Position numbers and translations under genes: made by a program. The notes beneath the pieces were generated by a model, which was not told the origin of the DNA, ran no database searches, and worked only from the letters and a program-made list of their open reading frames with translations. From the IMG/VR virus record IMGVR_UViG_3300027779_000011, positions 1-64,000 of that record: DNA of 64,000 nt; one strand, 5' to 3'. Positions 50,463-61,353 of the stretch are shown here, in pieces. The number at the start of each line of letters is the position of its first letter. The first letter of the stretch is position 1. The DNA is from a virus.

Positions 50463-51296
50463 ATGTTTTATCTCATAAGCAACTCTAGTTTAATAACAGA
50501 AGAGATTATAAATAAAGTTAATTTTAAAAAAAATGATAAAATATTTTTATTTAATAGAAAACATGATAATCTTTTTAAGATACTATTAAAAAACTTTGAA
50601 AATAAATATAGTTTTAAACCAGACATTTATATGTGCCAAAGAGAAACTCTAATGAAGGATGAAACCGATTACTTCTATCGTGGTTCGTCCAGTCCCTTTA
50701 TAGGTAATGAGAATATAAACACATTCTACCTTATAGCGGGCGGAGCTTCAAAGAAAGTTGGATATGACTTCGATTATGATAAAAAAATCATAAGAAGACA
50801 GACTAAAATAGATTATAATAAATACAAAAGGCATCTGTTAAGTTTCGACTCTACAAGAAAAATACAATTCGTCAATTATAAAACAATGCTCCCCCCATAT
50901 GGAATGGGGCATAGTATATTTGATATAAAGTATTATGAGCCATATACTGGATTTATAATGCTTCTTTATATAGATAATAAATTTCCAAATGAAGACAAGA
51001 CTCTCATTGGGTTCACATGTTACTCAAGTCATACTAAAAAAAGACCAAAGGATATTCCTACCCACAGGCCAAAGCTTGAATGGGAGTTGTTTTTAAGCTA
51101 TTGCAAAAGCAGAAGTGTGAGCCTTCTTTACTCGAAAGAAGAAGATGGGGTTCTTATAGATTATGATGTTATCGCAGACTTTGATCCTCTGTTTGTAATT
51201 GACGGAACAATTAATGTGGAAGATAGGTACTTGATATCACCAGATAATATAAAAAAATCTGATGATTATTATGAAAGAACTAGCAATCTATTTTGA
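50463..51296 (+). CDS. Possible GT29/sialyltransferase-like protein
   Basis: FN, PYTG, LIGF and H....E resemble sialylmotifs S and VS. Confidence 0.4.
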   Translation: MFYLISNSSLITEEIINKVNFKKNDKIFLFNRKHDNLFKILLKNFENKYSFKPDIYMCQRETLMKDETDYFYRGSSSPFIGNENINTFYLIAGGASKKVGYDFDYDKKIIRRQTKIDYNKYKRHLLSFDSTRKIQFVNYKTMLPPYGMGHSIFDIKYYEPYTGFIMLLYIDNKFPNEDKTLIGFTCYSSHTKKRPKDIPTHRPKLEWELFLSYCKSRSVSLLYSKEEDGVLIDYDVIADFDPLFVIDGTINVEDRYLISPDNIKKSDDYYERTSNLF

Positions 51297-51324
51297 AATA
51301 AGATAATACTATATTTGAATTACA

Positions 51325-51609
51325 ATGACTTACGAAAATTTTGAAATTTACAAAACATTTTCTGCATCCACAGCACACATTGAAGAGTCTGATTTTGATG
51401 TTTTATACAGCAATAGATTTTGCTCATATCCTTCGGACTATGGTATTAAATTCTACTTGCATGATGAAATACTAAAAGATGTTGAAGATATAAATTGTAG
51501 CGAAGGGCTTTCTTTGCTGATTATATTTGCCATATCAAAAGGGTGTCATTATATTGATTTAGATTCTGACGGCCCCATCTATGATGGTTTTCCATCATAT
51601 GATTGGTAA
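51325..51609 (+). CDS. Hypothetical phage protein
   Basis: STAHI..GC.YI.LD.DG..YDW. Confidence 0.65.
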   Translation: MTYENFEIYKTFSASTAHIEESDFDVLYSNRFCSYPSDYGIKFYLHDEILKDVEDINCSEGLSLLIIFAISKGCHYIDLDSDGPIYDGFPSYDW

Positions 51610-52007
51610 CTATGTACATAAAGAAATAGAGAGGAGTATGGCTTTGAAAGGTGATAATCAAAACAAGTTCTGGAGGATTACACTAAAGAACAAAGGTACG
51701 TTTTTTAAAAAGTCAAACTCTTTTTTAATTGAGGCTGATGGGTATTCTGAATCTGATATACGAAAAATACTAAATGAAACTCATCCAGAGTGGGAAATAG
51801 GGGAAGTGAGTTCTAAACCTAACGACACCCCGAATGAGTCTGTGTCTTCAGCCATATAAAGACTTTATAAAGTGTATATAGTGTCTAGGAATAAAAATAA
51901 TTTAAGTATAAATATACTGTATATAAAATAGTTTATAACATACTTATCCATATAAATAATATTTTTTATAATTGGAATATATAGCTCTGAAAATATATCA
52001 AACATAT

Positions 52008-52085
52008 AGGGCTATAGCTCAATTTGGTTAGAGCGGCTGTCTCATAAACAGCAGGTTCCCGGTTCAAGTCCGGGTAGCCCTACCA
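52008..52085 (+). tRNA. tRNA-Ile2(CAT)
   Basis: Cloverleaf with CTCATAA loop and CCA; about 200 bp upstream of tilS. Confidence 0.85.
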
Positions 52086-52278
52086 TTAACAAGAGGCGAG
52101 AACAGTGAGTCAAGAAGAAAGCACAATGGTCCAATACTTAAAGGGACTGGAGAGAAGGATTAAGTTCCTTGAGGATACGATAGTAACCCTCTTAGTTGCA
52201 CTAAAAGAAGGTGGGGTAATAGTTGATTCTGATGAAGAACTAGACAATAAACAATATCAATTTGATTTCGAATAAAGC

Positions 52279-52911
52279 ATGTTTAAGCTAACACATAAAA
52301 TTCCAGATTCGATCTTAATCGCCGTATCTGGTGGCGCAGATTCTATGGCAGCACTAGACTTTCTAAAACAGGGAAGGTCCGTAGGGGTTCTTCATTTTAA
52401 CCACGGAACAATCCATGCGGCTGAAGCACAAAAGTGTGTTGAGGATTACTGCACAGAAAATAATTTAGAACTCAAGGTTGGATATATAAATAAAGATGTC
52501 CCAAAGGGAGTCTCAAGAGAAGACTTCTGGAGAAGAGAAAGGTACAATTTTCTTGACTTCTCATCAAAAGCATTTTGGGGCGGTCTATATACAGAACATG
52601 CCTCTCCGGTTGTAACATGCCACCATCTAGATGATGCCGTAGAGACTTGGCTATTTACGTCTATGCACGGAGAGGGAAGGCTCATTCCATCTAAAAGGGA
52701 TAATTATATCAGGCCGTTTCTAGTAACCAGAAAGGCTGTTTTTGAAGACTGGTGTGATAGAAAAGATGTGCCATATGTAGTCGATCCAAGTAATCTGGAT
52801 ACTTCATTTATGAGAAACTATATTCGGCACGAACTGATGCCACACGCCCTAAGAGTTAACCCTGGAATTCACAAGGTTATTAGAAAAAAAATTATCAACT
52901 CACTTGGTTGA
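52279..52911 (+). CDS. tilS: tRNA(Ile)-lysidine synthetase (short form)
   Basis: AVSGGADS PP-loop, HFNHG, R..RY, HHLDD..ET, IRP, DPSN, RN.IR. Confidence 0.92.
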   Translation: MFKLTHKIPDSILIAVSGGADSMAALDFLKQGRSVGVLHFNHGTIHAAEAQKCVEDYCTENNLELKVGYINKDVPKGVSREDFWRRERYNFLDFSSKAFWGGLYTEHASPVVTCHHLDDAVETWLFTSMHGEGRLIPSKRDNYIRPFLVTRKAVFEDWCDRKDVPYVVDPSNLDTSFMRNYIRHELMPHALRVNPGIHKVIRKKIINSLG

Positions 52912-52918
52912 TGATTAT

Positions 52919-53004
52919 GGCTGAGTGGTGGAACGGTATACACAGGAGACTTAAAATCTCCCGCCCCATTGGGCTTGCGGGTTCGAATCCCGCCTCAGCT
53001 ACCA
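52919..53004 (+). tRNA. tRNA-Leu(TAA)
   Basis: Long variable arm, CTTAAAA loop, CCA. Confidence 0.92.
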
Positions 53005-53318
53005 CTTCTTATTGGAGGATAATATGGAGAAAATTAGTAAATTGAACGAAAGAGAATATAATAAAAACCCATTTGACGCATATAGGTGTTTCCACATTGG
53101 AGACTTTAGAGTTTCAGATGATATTATGGTTATGAAAAACGGAAAGAGAGTCTCCGGAACTGTTACCGCAGTAGACTTAAAAAACGTAGTAATTTCATAC
53201 GAAACAAAAGATGGTTCTGCGCATAATGCCGGAATCAACGATATAGTGTTTCTTGGCGATTCTCGACCGATGGGAACACAGAATGTTGGGCAGGGTAACA
53301 AGGGGAGAGGTGGTGCAT

Positions 53319-53558
53319 ATGATAGAGGTTGATTATAATGGGTACACATATAAATATGATAAAAACCTGGGAAATCGTCCCTGGGTTAATTCACAAACAA
53401 ATGTCGCCGTACCAGTTAGCTTATACTCTAAGCTGAGACAGGTGGCAATTTCTGGTGGTGTTGATGCGACAGCATTTACCACTTCTGTAGCTAGTAACGA
53501 TATGAAGAATAGTACAAAAAAGGCCACAAAGAAGAGTGGTTTTATTAAAATCTTTTAA
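53319..53558 (+). CDS. Hypothetical protein, paralog of 13164-13427
   Basis: GAGGTGG SD; MIEVDYNGYTY..AVPVSLY..IKIF. Confidence 0.65.
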   Translation: MIEVDYNGYTYKYDKNLGNRPWVNSQTNVAVPVSLYSKLRQVAISGGVDATAFTTSVASNDMKNSTKKATKKSGFIKIF

Positions 53559-54530
53559 AGGAGGATTAAAATGAAGGTAGAGAGTCATAACACAAATAAC
53601 GTACAGATGAAGATTAGCAACGGTGACCCCGGAAAGCGTGCTGGAGGAAACAACTTGAAGCTCACAGTATCTTCAGAGTCATGGCGTGTTCCAGACCAGA
53701 CGGTTAAGATGACAATACGCGAAGCACAAGCCCTACGCAGCTTTCTAAATAAGCATTTGCGATAAAGGCGACTAATGGCATGGTGGAGCAAAACTCTGCT
53801 ATGCCATTTTTTTTTCATATAATAGTTGAAAAATTTTAACCCCTCGGTATATTATTCTAACAAGGGTGATAAGTATTTAGTGGAGGTACTATGGATTTGA
53901 ATTCCTTTTTAAAAACGAATAAGGCTAATATTCTTTATTCTTATTCTGAAAATATACTAGCTAATGGCTCAAAGGAGTTCGGATGGGAGGTCGGGGATAA
54001 CATCCCTGATGAGGATATCTTCGTTTTATCTACCCCTTCTAGGTCTAAGAAGTTTAGTGAGTCAGATTTGGAACGATCAAAACAGCATGGGAGCAATCTG
54101 ACCACCCTTTCTGATTACAGAAAGTTCTTTAGCTCGTTTACCGGCCACTCTCCGGAGGATTTTATTGGCAAGTATTCTTCTGACGAGGCTCTCTTAGTAT
54201 CTGACTGGGACGGTATCAGTAAAAATATAGTTAGAGATGATGAGGCTAAGTTTTATTTGAACCTGGCCAAGCTGATTACTGAGGAGAAAAAGTTCTCTAT
54301 GTATGGAAGAATCTTTAAAATTTACAGCACAGGTACTTGAAAAAAACAGGTTTTATGTTAGGAAAAGATAAGAAGAATGCCACACATGAGATATGTTAGA
54401 ATAGCGTATCATACTATGATGATGCTACTATTATCTTGCTCTATATAAGTCTACTATACTTTGGGCGCAATAGCTCAAAACTATTAATCTAACTCTATGA
54501 ATATGAATACCTTTTGGAGGATTTAACAGT

Positions 54531-55991
54531 ATGTCAAAGGATAAATATTCTGAAGATCATTTTATAGAGGTAGCTGGTTCTGCTGGCAACAGTACTCTAT
54601 ACGTTTCAAACAATATTAATGTGCTCCACGAAGTGTCCTCTCGAAGTCTCGAAACAACCTTAATAACTACTAATGATCTGATCGTCGAGGATGACGCATC
54701 GTTTGGTACGGATACAGATAGTGGGAAGTTTACTGTTAGTAATTCTGATATTGACCTCTCTGGATGCGAGTTCGTGGGCTCTATTGATTTTGATTCGAAC
54801 CTTAAAAGCTTCGACTTTATGTCTAGGGGCTTTACCAGCACAGAGTCGATTGATATAAAAATGGTAGGCTCAACAGGAACTTATCTGGCTCTATTCTCAG
54901 AAGGTGATGCTCACATATTTGCAGAAAGCTCAATGAAGATCTCGGCTGGGATGGAATCTGGGACTCTAAATTTGGTTTCTCAAGCTACTAGGGACTGGAC
55001 TATTTCCGATACCACCGAATATGCAGACGATGGGATGGGTGATAAAGATCTATTTCTACAGGCTGGTGAGAATGTAGTTATTCATTCCGAAGATAACATT
55101 GTTTTAAAATCTAAAGGAACCTCTACATCATCTCATGACATTAGAATAGTAAACTCAGCTGGTGGAACGTCTATACCATATGGGGCATCTTTGGGTGGCG
55201 GGTACTATGGAGCAATATCACCTATTCCAACGGAGTACAAGTATTCTAAATATAGAGATTGGACAAATGACACAGACGCCACCGGGTCAAGCAAGGTTAG
55301 AAATGACCATGCTAATAAGTATAAGACGTGGCCTTCATACTCTGGGAGATATCCAGATGGCTGGGTTACTCCAAAGCTAGAGGTCGGGTACACATGCTGG
55401 TCTGGTTTCGCCAAAGCAAGGGACTCCGGTGGATTGTGGACTGACAAGTGGAGTGATACCAAAAGTTGGATGATTGGTATTCCGCTACCTACTCTTTGGG
55501 ATGATGACGTTATTATAATGGGGATTAACTACACAGTTAAGAGGCTGAAGAATGTCTATAACAAATCAGATAACAGAAACTTAACCGGACTCGACTATGA
55601 TGGTTCAACTGGCACGCTTGAGTTCATAGGTGGCTTTATGCTTCCTGATTATAGGTATGTCAATTCTTTTGGTGATAGTGTTGAGGCGGGTGGCATACCC
55701 GACGAATCTGGTCGTCTTTCTCATGGTATGGGTGCTTATATCTCTAGGGAAGATCGGCCATCGGGCAGTCATAGTCGAGGAAACCATCTTATTATTCGAA
55801 TGGCAGCAGGTGGTGGGGATCATGAGTTTAATAGAGACTACGGAATAGACCCAGAAGGCGGCGGCACCACAACGTTAACTATCCCCATACTTGATGATGA
55901 CGGAAGCGACTCAGGAGCGACACATAGCATGGGAAATGTCATGGGGGTACAAGTAAAGGTTTTGATATTTTACACTAGAAAGGATTTGTAG
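54531..55991 (+). CDS. Probable virion (tail/baseplate-type) protein
   Basis: 486 aa, Ser/Gly/Asp/Thr-rich with repetitive beta-like segments; GGAGG SD. Confidence 0.45.
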   Translation: MSKDKYSEDHFIEVAGSAGNSTLYVSNNINVLHEVSSRSLETTLITTNDLIVEDDASFGTDTDSGKFTVSNSDIDLSGCEFVGSIDFDSNLKSFDFMSRGFTSTESIDIKMVGSTGTYLALFSEGDAHIFAESSMKISAGMESGTLNLVSQATRDWTISDTTEYADDGMGDKDLFLQAGENVVIHSEDNIVLKSKGTSTSSHDIRIVNSAGGTSIPYGASLGGGYYGAISPIPTEYKYSKYRDWTNDTDATGSSKVRNDHANKYKTWPSYSGRYPDGWVTPKLEVGYTCWSGFAKARDSGGLWTDKWSDTKSWMIGIPLPTLWDDDVIIMGINYTVKRLKNVYNKSDNRNLTGLDYDGSTGTLEFIGGFMLPDYRYVNSFGDSVEAGGIPDESGRLSHGMGAYISREDRPSGSHSRGNHLIIRMAAGGGDHEFNRDYGIDPEGGGTTTLTIPILDDDGSDSGATHSMGNVMGVQVKVLIFYTRKDL

Positions 55992-56116
55992 CATGGTAAG
56001 GAGTTATGAGACGGCTATATCAAGAAAGACAATTGTTATAGAACTGCTAATAATTTATGAAAAATCTAATAATTATCGTACCTATCTAATAGAGAAGTAG
56101 TTATTGGATTTATATA

Positions 56117-57076
56117 ATGGATTATCATTTAAATAAGCTGAATTCGCTTTACTTGCACCTTATTAGTAACGGATATATATATGGTGCTAATAGAGTATTG
56201 AGCTTTGCTATGGATTACATATCCACAAAGCCTATGGTTAAAACCTCAGTAAGAAAGAATAAGCTTCTTCACCTGCTTGGTCCGTCAGGAGGTAGGTCTG
56301 TTGGGATAGTATCTCCGTATAAATCACTTAATTCTAGAAAAGAAAATAAAAATAAATACCAAGAGCTGGTCAGGGATATTCAAACCATGGGTCTTGATAC
56401 TCTTGGTAACTTTTGGCATGGTTCATGGGAAGAGGATGTTGTTATAGATGATGATGGCGAATCTACAGACAGAAGGAGTCGGGTACAACCAATAGTTGAC
56501 AGAATCTTTCGAGGAACATCTGATAGAGCTTTGGCGGAATTAAGCGATTTTTCAGATGTAAGCGAGTCTGAAGAGGATGAGTTAAAGTCTCTTTCTGATG
56601 ACTATGAGGAGAGTGATGGTGAACTAATTAGTTTAAAAATTAGGCAGTCGAAGATACCAGCATGGTATGAGAAAAAATATGAGGGTCCGATATTCGAAAA
56701 CAAAGAGGGTAATAAATATATAAAGATACCAGCTTCTGAGCGTAGTGTTATAATAAAAGATATTTCTTTTGAACAAATCAAAAGCCTTTCTCAAAAGTAC
56801 GAACAGGATGCTTTTATATATAGAAGCTTAGACGGCGTAACCGGAATGTACTGGACTGGAGGGGAAAATGCAGGGCATGTTGAGTTAGCAACCCTTCCAG
56901 AAGAGGACTCTTCGGAGCTAAACACTGGGCTTAGTATAGACACTGGAAGATTATACACCAAGCAAAGGAGTAGGGGGAATCTCCCTTCTTTTGAATATAA
57001 CTTCTGGCAAAGAGATATGATTCCTTATGATGGTGAAATCACAAAGGATAATATAGATGCTTCACTGCTAAGATGA
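56117..57076 (+). CDS. Hypothetical protein with related N-terminal motif
   Basis: KLNSLYLHLISNG; later E.S..I and KYEQDAF. Confidence 0.65.
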   Translation: MDYHLNKLNSLYLHLISNGYIYGANRVLSFAMDYISTKPMVKTSVRKNKLLHLLGPSGGRSVGIVSPYKSLNSRKENKNKYQELVRDIQTMGLDTLGNFWHGSWEEDVVIDDDGESTDRRSRVQPIVDRIFRGTSDRALAELSDFSDVSESEEDELKSLSDDYEESDGELISLKIRQSKIPAWYEKKYEGPIFENKEGNKYIKIPASERSVIIKDISFEQIKSLSQKYEQDAFIYRSLDGVTGMYWTGGENAGHVELATLPEEDSSELNTGLSIDTGRLYTKQRSRGNLPSFEYNFWQRDMIPYDGEITKDNIDASLLR

Positions 57077-57107
57077 GTTTTATAGCACGATACATTCAGG
57101 AGCCCAG

Positions 57108-57512
57108 GTGAGCATTAAAAATCCTAGTGCTGCGCTGCTGGATACGATTGAGCCATCAATCATTAGGGCGAAGAAAATTGCCTTACTTAGGTGCAAAGAA
57201 GAAAACAATATGGCGTTTTTATATAGGCATGAAAGTAAGTTCAGAATAGTATGGATGAAGCCTCCATCCGTTGAAGTGCCAGACAACATATCTAGAAAGT
57301 TTGTGAGAATTAACTTTTCAGGTTCAATGGATGTTTCGGAAATACTATTCAATATAGGAAGATATGATAGATCATATGACACAGATTTGTTTAGTTCAGA
57401 CGAACCAAGCACCATTTTGTATATGTATGGAAGTCACTGGAATCATATCTGTGAAGAAGTATTGGCCGGCTCTATAGCATTAGTCAGCGTAAAGGATATA
57501 TTTAAAAATTAG
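57108..57512 (+). CDS. Hypothetical protein
   Basis: AGGAG SD, GTG start. Confidence 0.55.
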   Translation: MSIKNPSAALLDTIEPSIIRAKKIALLRCKEENNMAFLYRHESKFRIVWMKPPSVEVPDNISRKFVRINFSGSMDVSEILFNIGRYDRSYDTDLFSSDEPSTILYMYGSHWNHICEEVLAGSIALVSVKDIFKN

Positions 57513-57521
57513 GAGTATATA

Positions 57522-58721
57522 ATGTCGAATGAAAGTTATTTGTGGACCAGCGAATGTGTTGGTGCAGGGCATCCAGATAAGGTTGCAGACCAGATATCAG
57601 ATGCTGTTTTGGATTCATATTTATCGGAAGATAAAAATTCAAAAGTTGCTTGCGAGACAATGATTGCACCAGGGCTTATAGTTGTAGCTGGAGAGGTAAA
57701 TTCCAAGCTGAGACACCTTGATGTTAATGGTTTAGCAAAACAGGTTGTTTCTGATATTGGATATAATTCTAGAAATGGTTTTGATATAGACTCATGCAAG
57801 GTTATAAACGCAATTGGCTCTCAGTCAAATCAGATAAATAACGCAGTTGAAACAGAGGGTGTTGACTCCGGAGCGGGTGATCAGGGGATGATGTTTGGTT
57901 ACGCTACAAATGAAACGGATTCTTTCATGCCAACATCAATTGAGATTTCTAGGAAGATAACGAACTTCTTTGATCTGGCCAGAACTCAGGAGGGTGTAAC
58001 TATGCTTGAGCCTGACTTCAAAACACAGGTTACCCTAAGGTGTTCTGATGATGGCTCTCCAATCGCTGTCGATGCAGTTGTTATATCTTCGCAGCACAAG
58101 GCAGGGTACCAGCTGATAGAGGTAAGGGAAATGCTTAGGTCTTTAGTTAGAAATTGCGTTTCCGGTATGCCTAAAAAGCTATCAAGTCTTTTTACGAATG
58201 ATACAAGGTACTTGCTAAACCCATCTGGATTATGGACCCTTGGTGGTCCAGCCGCAGATACGGGTCTTACTGGAAGAAAGATTGTTGTTGATAACTATGG
58301 CTCTGATTGCCAAATCGGAGGTGGTGCGTTCTCAGGAAAAGATCCATCTAAGGTAGATAGGTCTGCTGCTTACGCGGCTAGATATGTAGCCAAGAACATT
58401 GTTGCTTCTGGAATATCAGATAAAGTAAAGATTCAGCTTTCATATGCCATTGGAGTTTCAGAAGCTGTTTCTTTCAGGGTAGACACGATGGGGACTTCGA
58501 ATGTTAAATACGCTGATCACGAAATAGAAAGTATGGTATCCGAGGTATTTAAAACAACTCCTTCTAATATAATTGAAAAGCTACAGCTCAGAAACCCCAT
58601 ATATAGGAGCACGGCATCCAATGGTCATTTTGGAATTTCTCCTTATAGACATGATAATATTTCGTATTATACATGGGAGGAGCTTTCTGAGGTTGATGGC
58701 TTGAAGTTAATGTTCTTTTAA
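57522..58721 (+). CDS. metK: S-adenosylmethionine synthetase
   Basis: GHPDKVADQISD, GAGDQG.MFGYA, DTGLTGRKI, GGGAFSGKD, VDRSAAY. Confidence 0.96.
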   Translation: MSNESYLWTSECVGAGHPDKVADQISDAVLDSYLSEDKNSKVACETMIAPGLIVVAGEVNSKLRHLDVNGLAKQVVSDIGYNSRNGFDIDSCKVINAIGSQSNQINNAVETEGVDSGAGDQGMMFGYATNETDSFMPTSIEISRKITNFFDLARTQEGVTMLEPDFKTQVTLRCSDDGSPIAVDAVVISSQHKAGYQLIEVREMLRSLVRNCVSGMPKKLSSLFTNDTRYLLNPSGLWTLGGPAADTGLTGRKIVVDNYGSDCQIGGGAFSGKDPSKVDRSAAYAARYVAKNIVASGISDKVKIQLSYAIGVSEAVSFRVDTMGTSNVKYADHEIESMVSEVFKTTPSNIIEKLQLRNPIYRSTASNGHFGISPYRHDNISYYTWEELSEVDGLKLMFF

Positions 58722-58727
58722 AATAAT

Positions 58728-59122
58728 GGGGGCGTACTGGTTTCGACAGGGTAATAAGGTCGGATAGTGCAGGCGGTCTACGGTAACAGATGACCTAAAA
58801 ATTGTTACAAAAAACTATAATTGCCAATAACAATTATTATTACAGCAACGTCGCTTTAGCGGCTTAGTTGTCTGGGCCTCTAACGGCCTCGTCACCCAAT
58901 GTTAGATAACAGGTAGAGATCCTGCGAAATAAAAAAATCAAGATGGATACCTCATTTGTATCGGTGAAAGTCCGACTGTAGGGATGAGTGGACTTCTGAG
59001 GCTACATAGGAAGAGGGTTTTTGTGGCTACCTTGCTGATTTGGGAATACATCAGATAAGCTTGTGAATGACTTGAAGGAAGAGTTACTCTGGACGCGGAT
59101 TCGATTTCCGCCGCCTCCACCA
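58728..59122 (+). ncRNA. ssrA: tmRNA; tag ANNNYYYSNVALAA at 58823-58867
   Basis: 5' GGGGGCG..TTCGAC, 3' T arm and CGCCTCCACCA, G3.U70 pair, tag ending ALAA. Confidence 0.93.
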
Positions 59123-59133
59123 TCTATTCTCCG

Positions 59134-59188
59134 CGCCTCCACTGTTTTTGTTACTAATTTAGTACAATAGACAGTGGAGGTTCAGAGT
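59134..59188 (+). repeat. Direct repeat copy 1 (about 55 bp), containing an SD-sequestering hairpin
   Basis: Matches 61884-61938. Confidence 0.8.
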
Positions 59189-59747
59189 GAGAAAGAATAA
59201 AGCAAAGAAGATAATATTAACGTGCAATATTTGTGACACATCATTTGAGAAGCTATCGGGGGAGTACAAGAGGCAGACTAATAAAAATCCCGATAGATTA
59301 TGGTACTGCTCCTTATCGTGCGCCGGAATAAAAAATAAAAATAGCTTAGGTAAACACCTTGGAGTAGGAAACCCTAAGAGCTTAGTTTCGAATAATCGAA
59401 GAACTAAGCTTACAGAATTCAAGTGGTTTATGAAGGTTATAAGGCAAAGGTCTAAAGCTTTCAATATAGATGAGGCATATCTTAAGACTTTATGGGAAGG
59501 TCAGGGCGGCAAGTGTCCGCTTACCGGATGGGATCTGACCCTTCCTAAACACAGCTGCGATTGGTATAGTGATGATAATAAACATGTTCGCGCTTCCCTT
59601 GATCGGATTGATAGCTCTAAAGGCTATATTAAAGATAACGTAAGATTTATAGCGGTTATAGCAAATTATTGCAAAAATTCTTTTTCAGATGATGAAGTTA
59701 AGTTATTCTGTAAAGCTGTTGTTGAAAATAATAATTTAGCAAAATAA
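59187..59747 (+). CDS. HNH-type (His-Me finger) endonuclease
   Basis: CxxC..YCS..C N-terminus; Q.G.CPLTG, SLDRIDSSKGY..DNV. Confidence 0.75.
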   Translation: MRKNKAKKIILTCNICDTSFEKLSGEYKRQTNKNPDRLWYCSLSCAGIKNKNSLGKHLGVGNPKSLVSNNRRTKLTEFKWFMKVIRQRSKAFNIDEAYLKTLWEGQGGKCPLTGWDLTLPKHSCDWYSDDNKHVRASLDRIDSSKGYIKDNVRFIAVIANYCKNSFSDDEVKLFCKAVVENNNLAK

Positions 59748-59775
59748 CTTTTAGAACATGAATAAGGAGCAAGTA

Positions 59776-60393
59776 ATGAAAGAAGAACTAGATAAAAAAC
59801 TAGTTAAGACATTTCCCCTCCTCTATGGTGATAGATATGCTTCGATGCAATCAACCTGTATGTGCTGGGGATTCCCCGGTGATGGTTGGTTTGATATCAT
59901 TTGGGATTTGTCCTCAAAACTTGAACCTCTTATTCAGAAGTTCATTGACGATAATCCTAATGCGCCTTGTTACGGATGTGGTTGCGCCAAGGAGCGTCAC
60001 TATGGATGGAAGAGTCAGAGCCCCGGCAAGTGCCTAGCAATCCACGTTGACCCAGATTCAGAAGAAGAACCACCTGGAAATTACAGAGCATGTTTCTGTG
60101 ATGGGTACAGCTCATCCAACCCTAAGGCTTCACAGGTGAAAGAGAAGTACGGGGGACTTAGGTTTTATATGACTTGTGACACTGACGAAATCTTTAGTCT
60201 GATTGAAGAGGCCGAGGCATTATCATACAAGACTTGTGAGGCATGTGGAGAACCGGGAGAAAAGAGGGGCGGCGGCTGGATTCATACCCTTTGCGATGAC
60301 TGCCATGAGAACTGGGATAAGATTCGATCAAAGAGATGGGAGAGAGAAGAGGAATGGAGTTACCAGATAAAGAAGAGCAAATGGCAAACTTAA
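59776..60393 (+). CDS. Phage protein with QVKEK(Y/F)GGLRFY motif, paralog of 62315-62890
   Basis: GWF..QVKEKYGGLRFY..TCE.CG.PG..W..TLC. Confidence 0.8.
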   Translation: MKEELDKKLVKTFPLLYGDRYASMQSTCMCWGFPGDGWFDIIWDLSSKLEPLIQKFIDDNPNAPCYGCGCAKERHYGWKSQSPGKCLAIHVDPDSEEEPPGNYRACFCDGYSSSNPKASQVKEKYGGLRFYMTCDTDEIFSLIEEAEALSYKTCEACGEPGEKRGGGWIHTLCDDCHENWDKIRSKRWEREEEWSYQIKKSKWQT

Positions 60394-60418
60394 ATCGGAA
60401 CTTGCGAGAGACAAGCAA

Positions 60419-60955
60419 ATGACTTATTTGACAAAACTCTGGTATTGGTTGCGAGGACAGTATTATATCCTCGCGAGCCCAGAGCACAGAATTAAAACCT
60501 ACTATACTTGCGGAACAAACTTCCAACATGACCAACAACTAAAAGCTTATAGCTCAGTTGAACTCTTAAAGAAAGACAGAGACTGCTACGGTGAATGTGG
60601 AATTGTTAAACTAAAGCTGGTTAACCTCAAGTGGGTTGAGGAACAATATATTCCGTGGAGTTGCGATGCCTGTGGTGCTCCTTGCAAAAAGAGTTTAGGT
60701 CCAGAAGGATATTGCGATACTTGTCGCCCTATTATGCTCAACGGCGGCAACACACCAGAAAGAGTTCAAGAGCAGACTAAGTGGCTGGAAAAGGTTATTA
60801 CATGGAGAGAAGAGGACGTCCTCGACGACGAAGATGAGCAATTGTACGACAGGCTCATCAAAGAGATCACCGCCGAGTGTCATAGCGAGACTCTCGACTG
60901 GGATGAGGATAGAATGAGAGCGAGACTCCGAAAAGTATTAGAAACTAGAGGTTAA
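60419..60955 (+). CDS. Hypothetical protein with zinc ribbon
   Basis: CDACG..CDTC. Confidence 0.6.
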   Translation: MTYLTKLWYWLRGQYYILASPEHRIKTYYTCGTNFQHDQQLKAYSSVELLKKDRDCYGECGIVKLKLVNLKWVEEQYIPWSCDACGAPCKKSLGPEGYCDTCRPIMLNGGNTPERVQEQTKWLEKVITWREEDVLDDEDEQLYDRLIKEITAECHSETLDWDEDRMRARLRKVLETRG

Positions 60956-60957
60956 TA

Positions 60958-61353
60958 ATGTCAAGTGGCTGGAAGTACGGTTTAATCAAAGTCGCAATTG
61001 AAGATGAAGGTGCCGACTATGAAACGCAGATTAATCTACTTGTCGAACTGTATCCCTTGGGCGACAACGGAGAGTATGACTCGTTTTGTATAGCAAGACT
61101 TCAATCAATCGAAGAAATTCAGAATGCCCAGAAAGACATCGAGCACGACGGTATTAACGAATGGTTTTACGATAACGGAGTGTTTGAGTGGAAGGTTTGT
61201 AATAACTGTACCCAAGGCGATTGGGATTGGATTCGATCAAAAAGAATGGAAGAAAAAGAAAAACACTCACCAGATTGCAAATGGCATAAAGATTGGCACG
61301 CTTGCAATTGTGGAGTGTTTGATAACGCTGGCGAAGGAAAAAATGAAACCTGA
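60958..61353 (+). CDS. Hypothetical protein, paralog of 24878-25261
   Basis: Shared WKYGLIK..LVELY. Confidence 0.7.
   Translation: MSSGWKYGLIKVAIEDEGADYETQINLLVELYPLGDNGEYDSFCIARLQSIEEIQNAQKDIEHDGINEWFYDNGVFEWKVCNNCTQGDWDWIRSKRMEEKEKHSPDCKWHKDWHACNCGVFDNAGEGKNET

Noticed and set aside
58938-59123. Minus-strand ORF, and similar ORFs antisense to tRNAs (7838, 42063, 49585)
   Set aside because: Antisense to structural RNA genes
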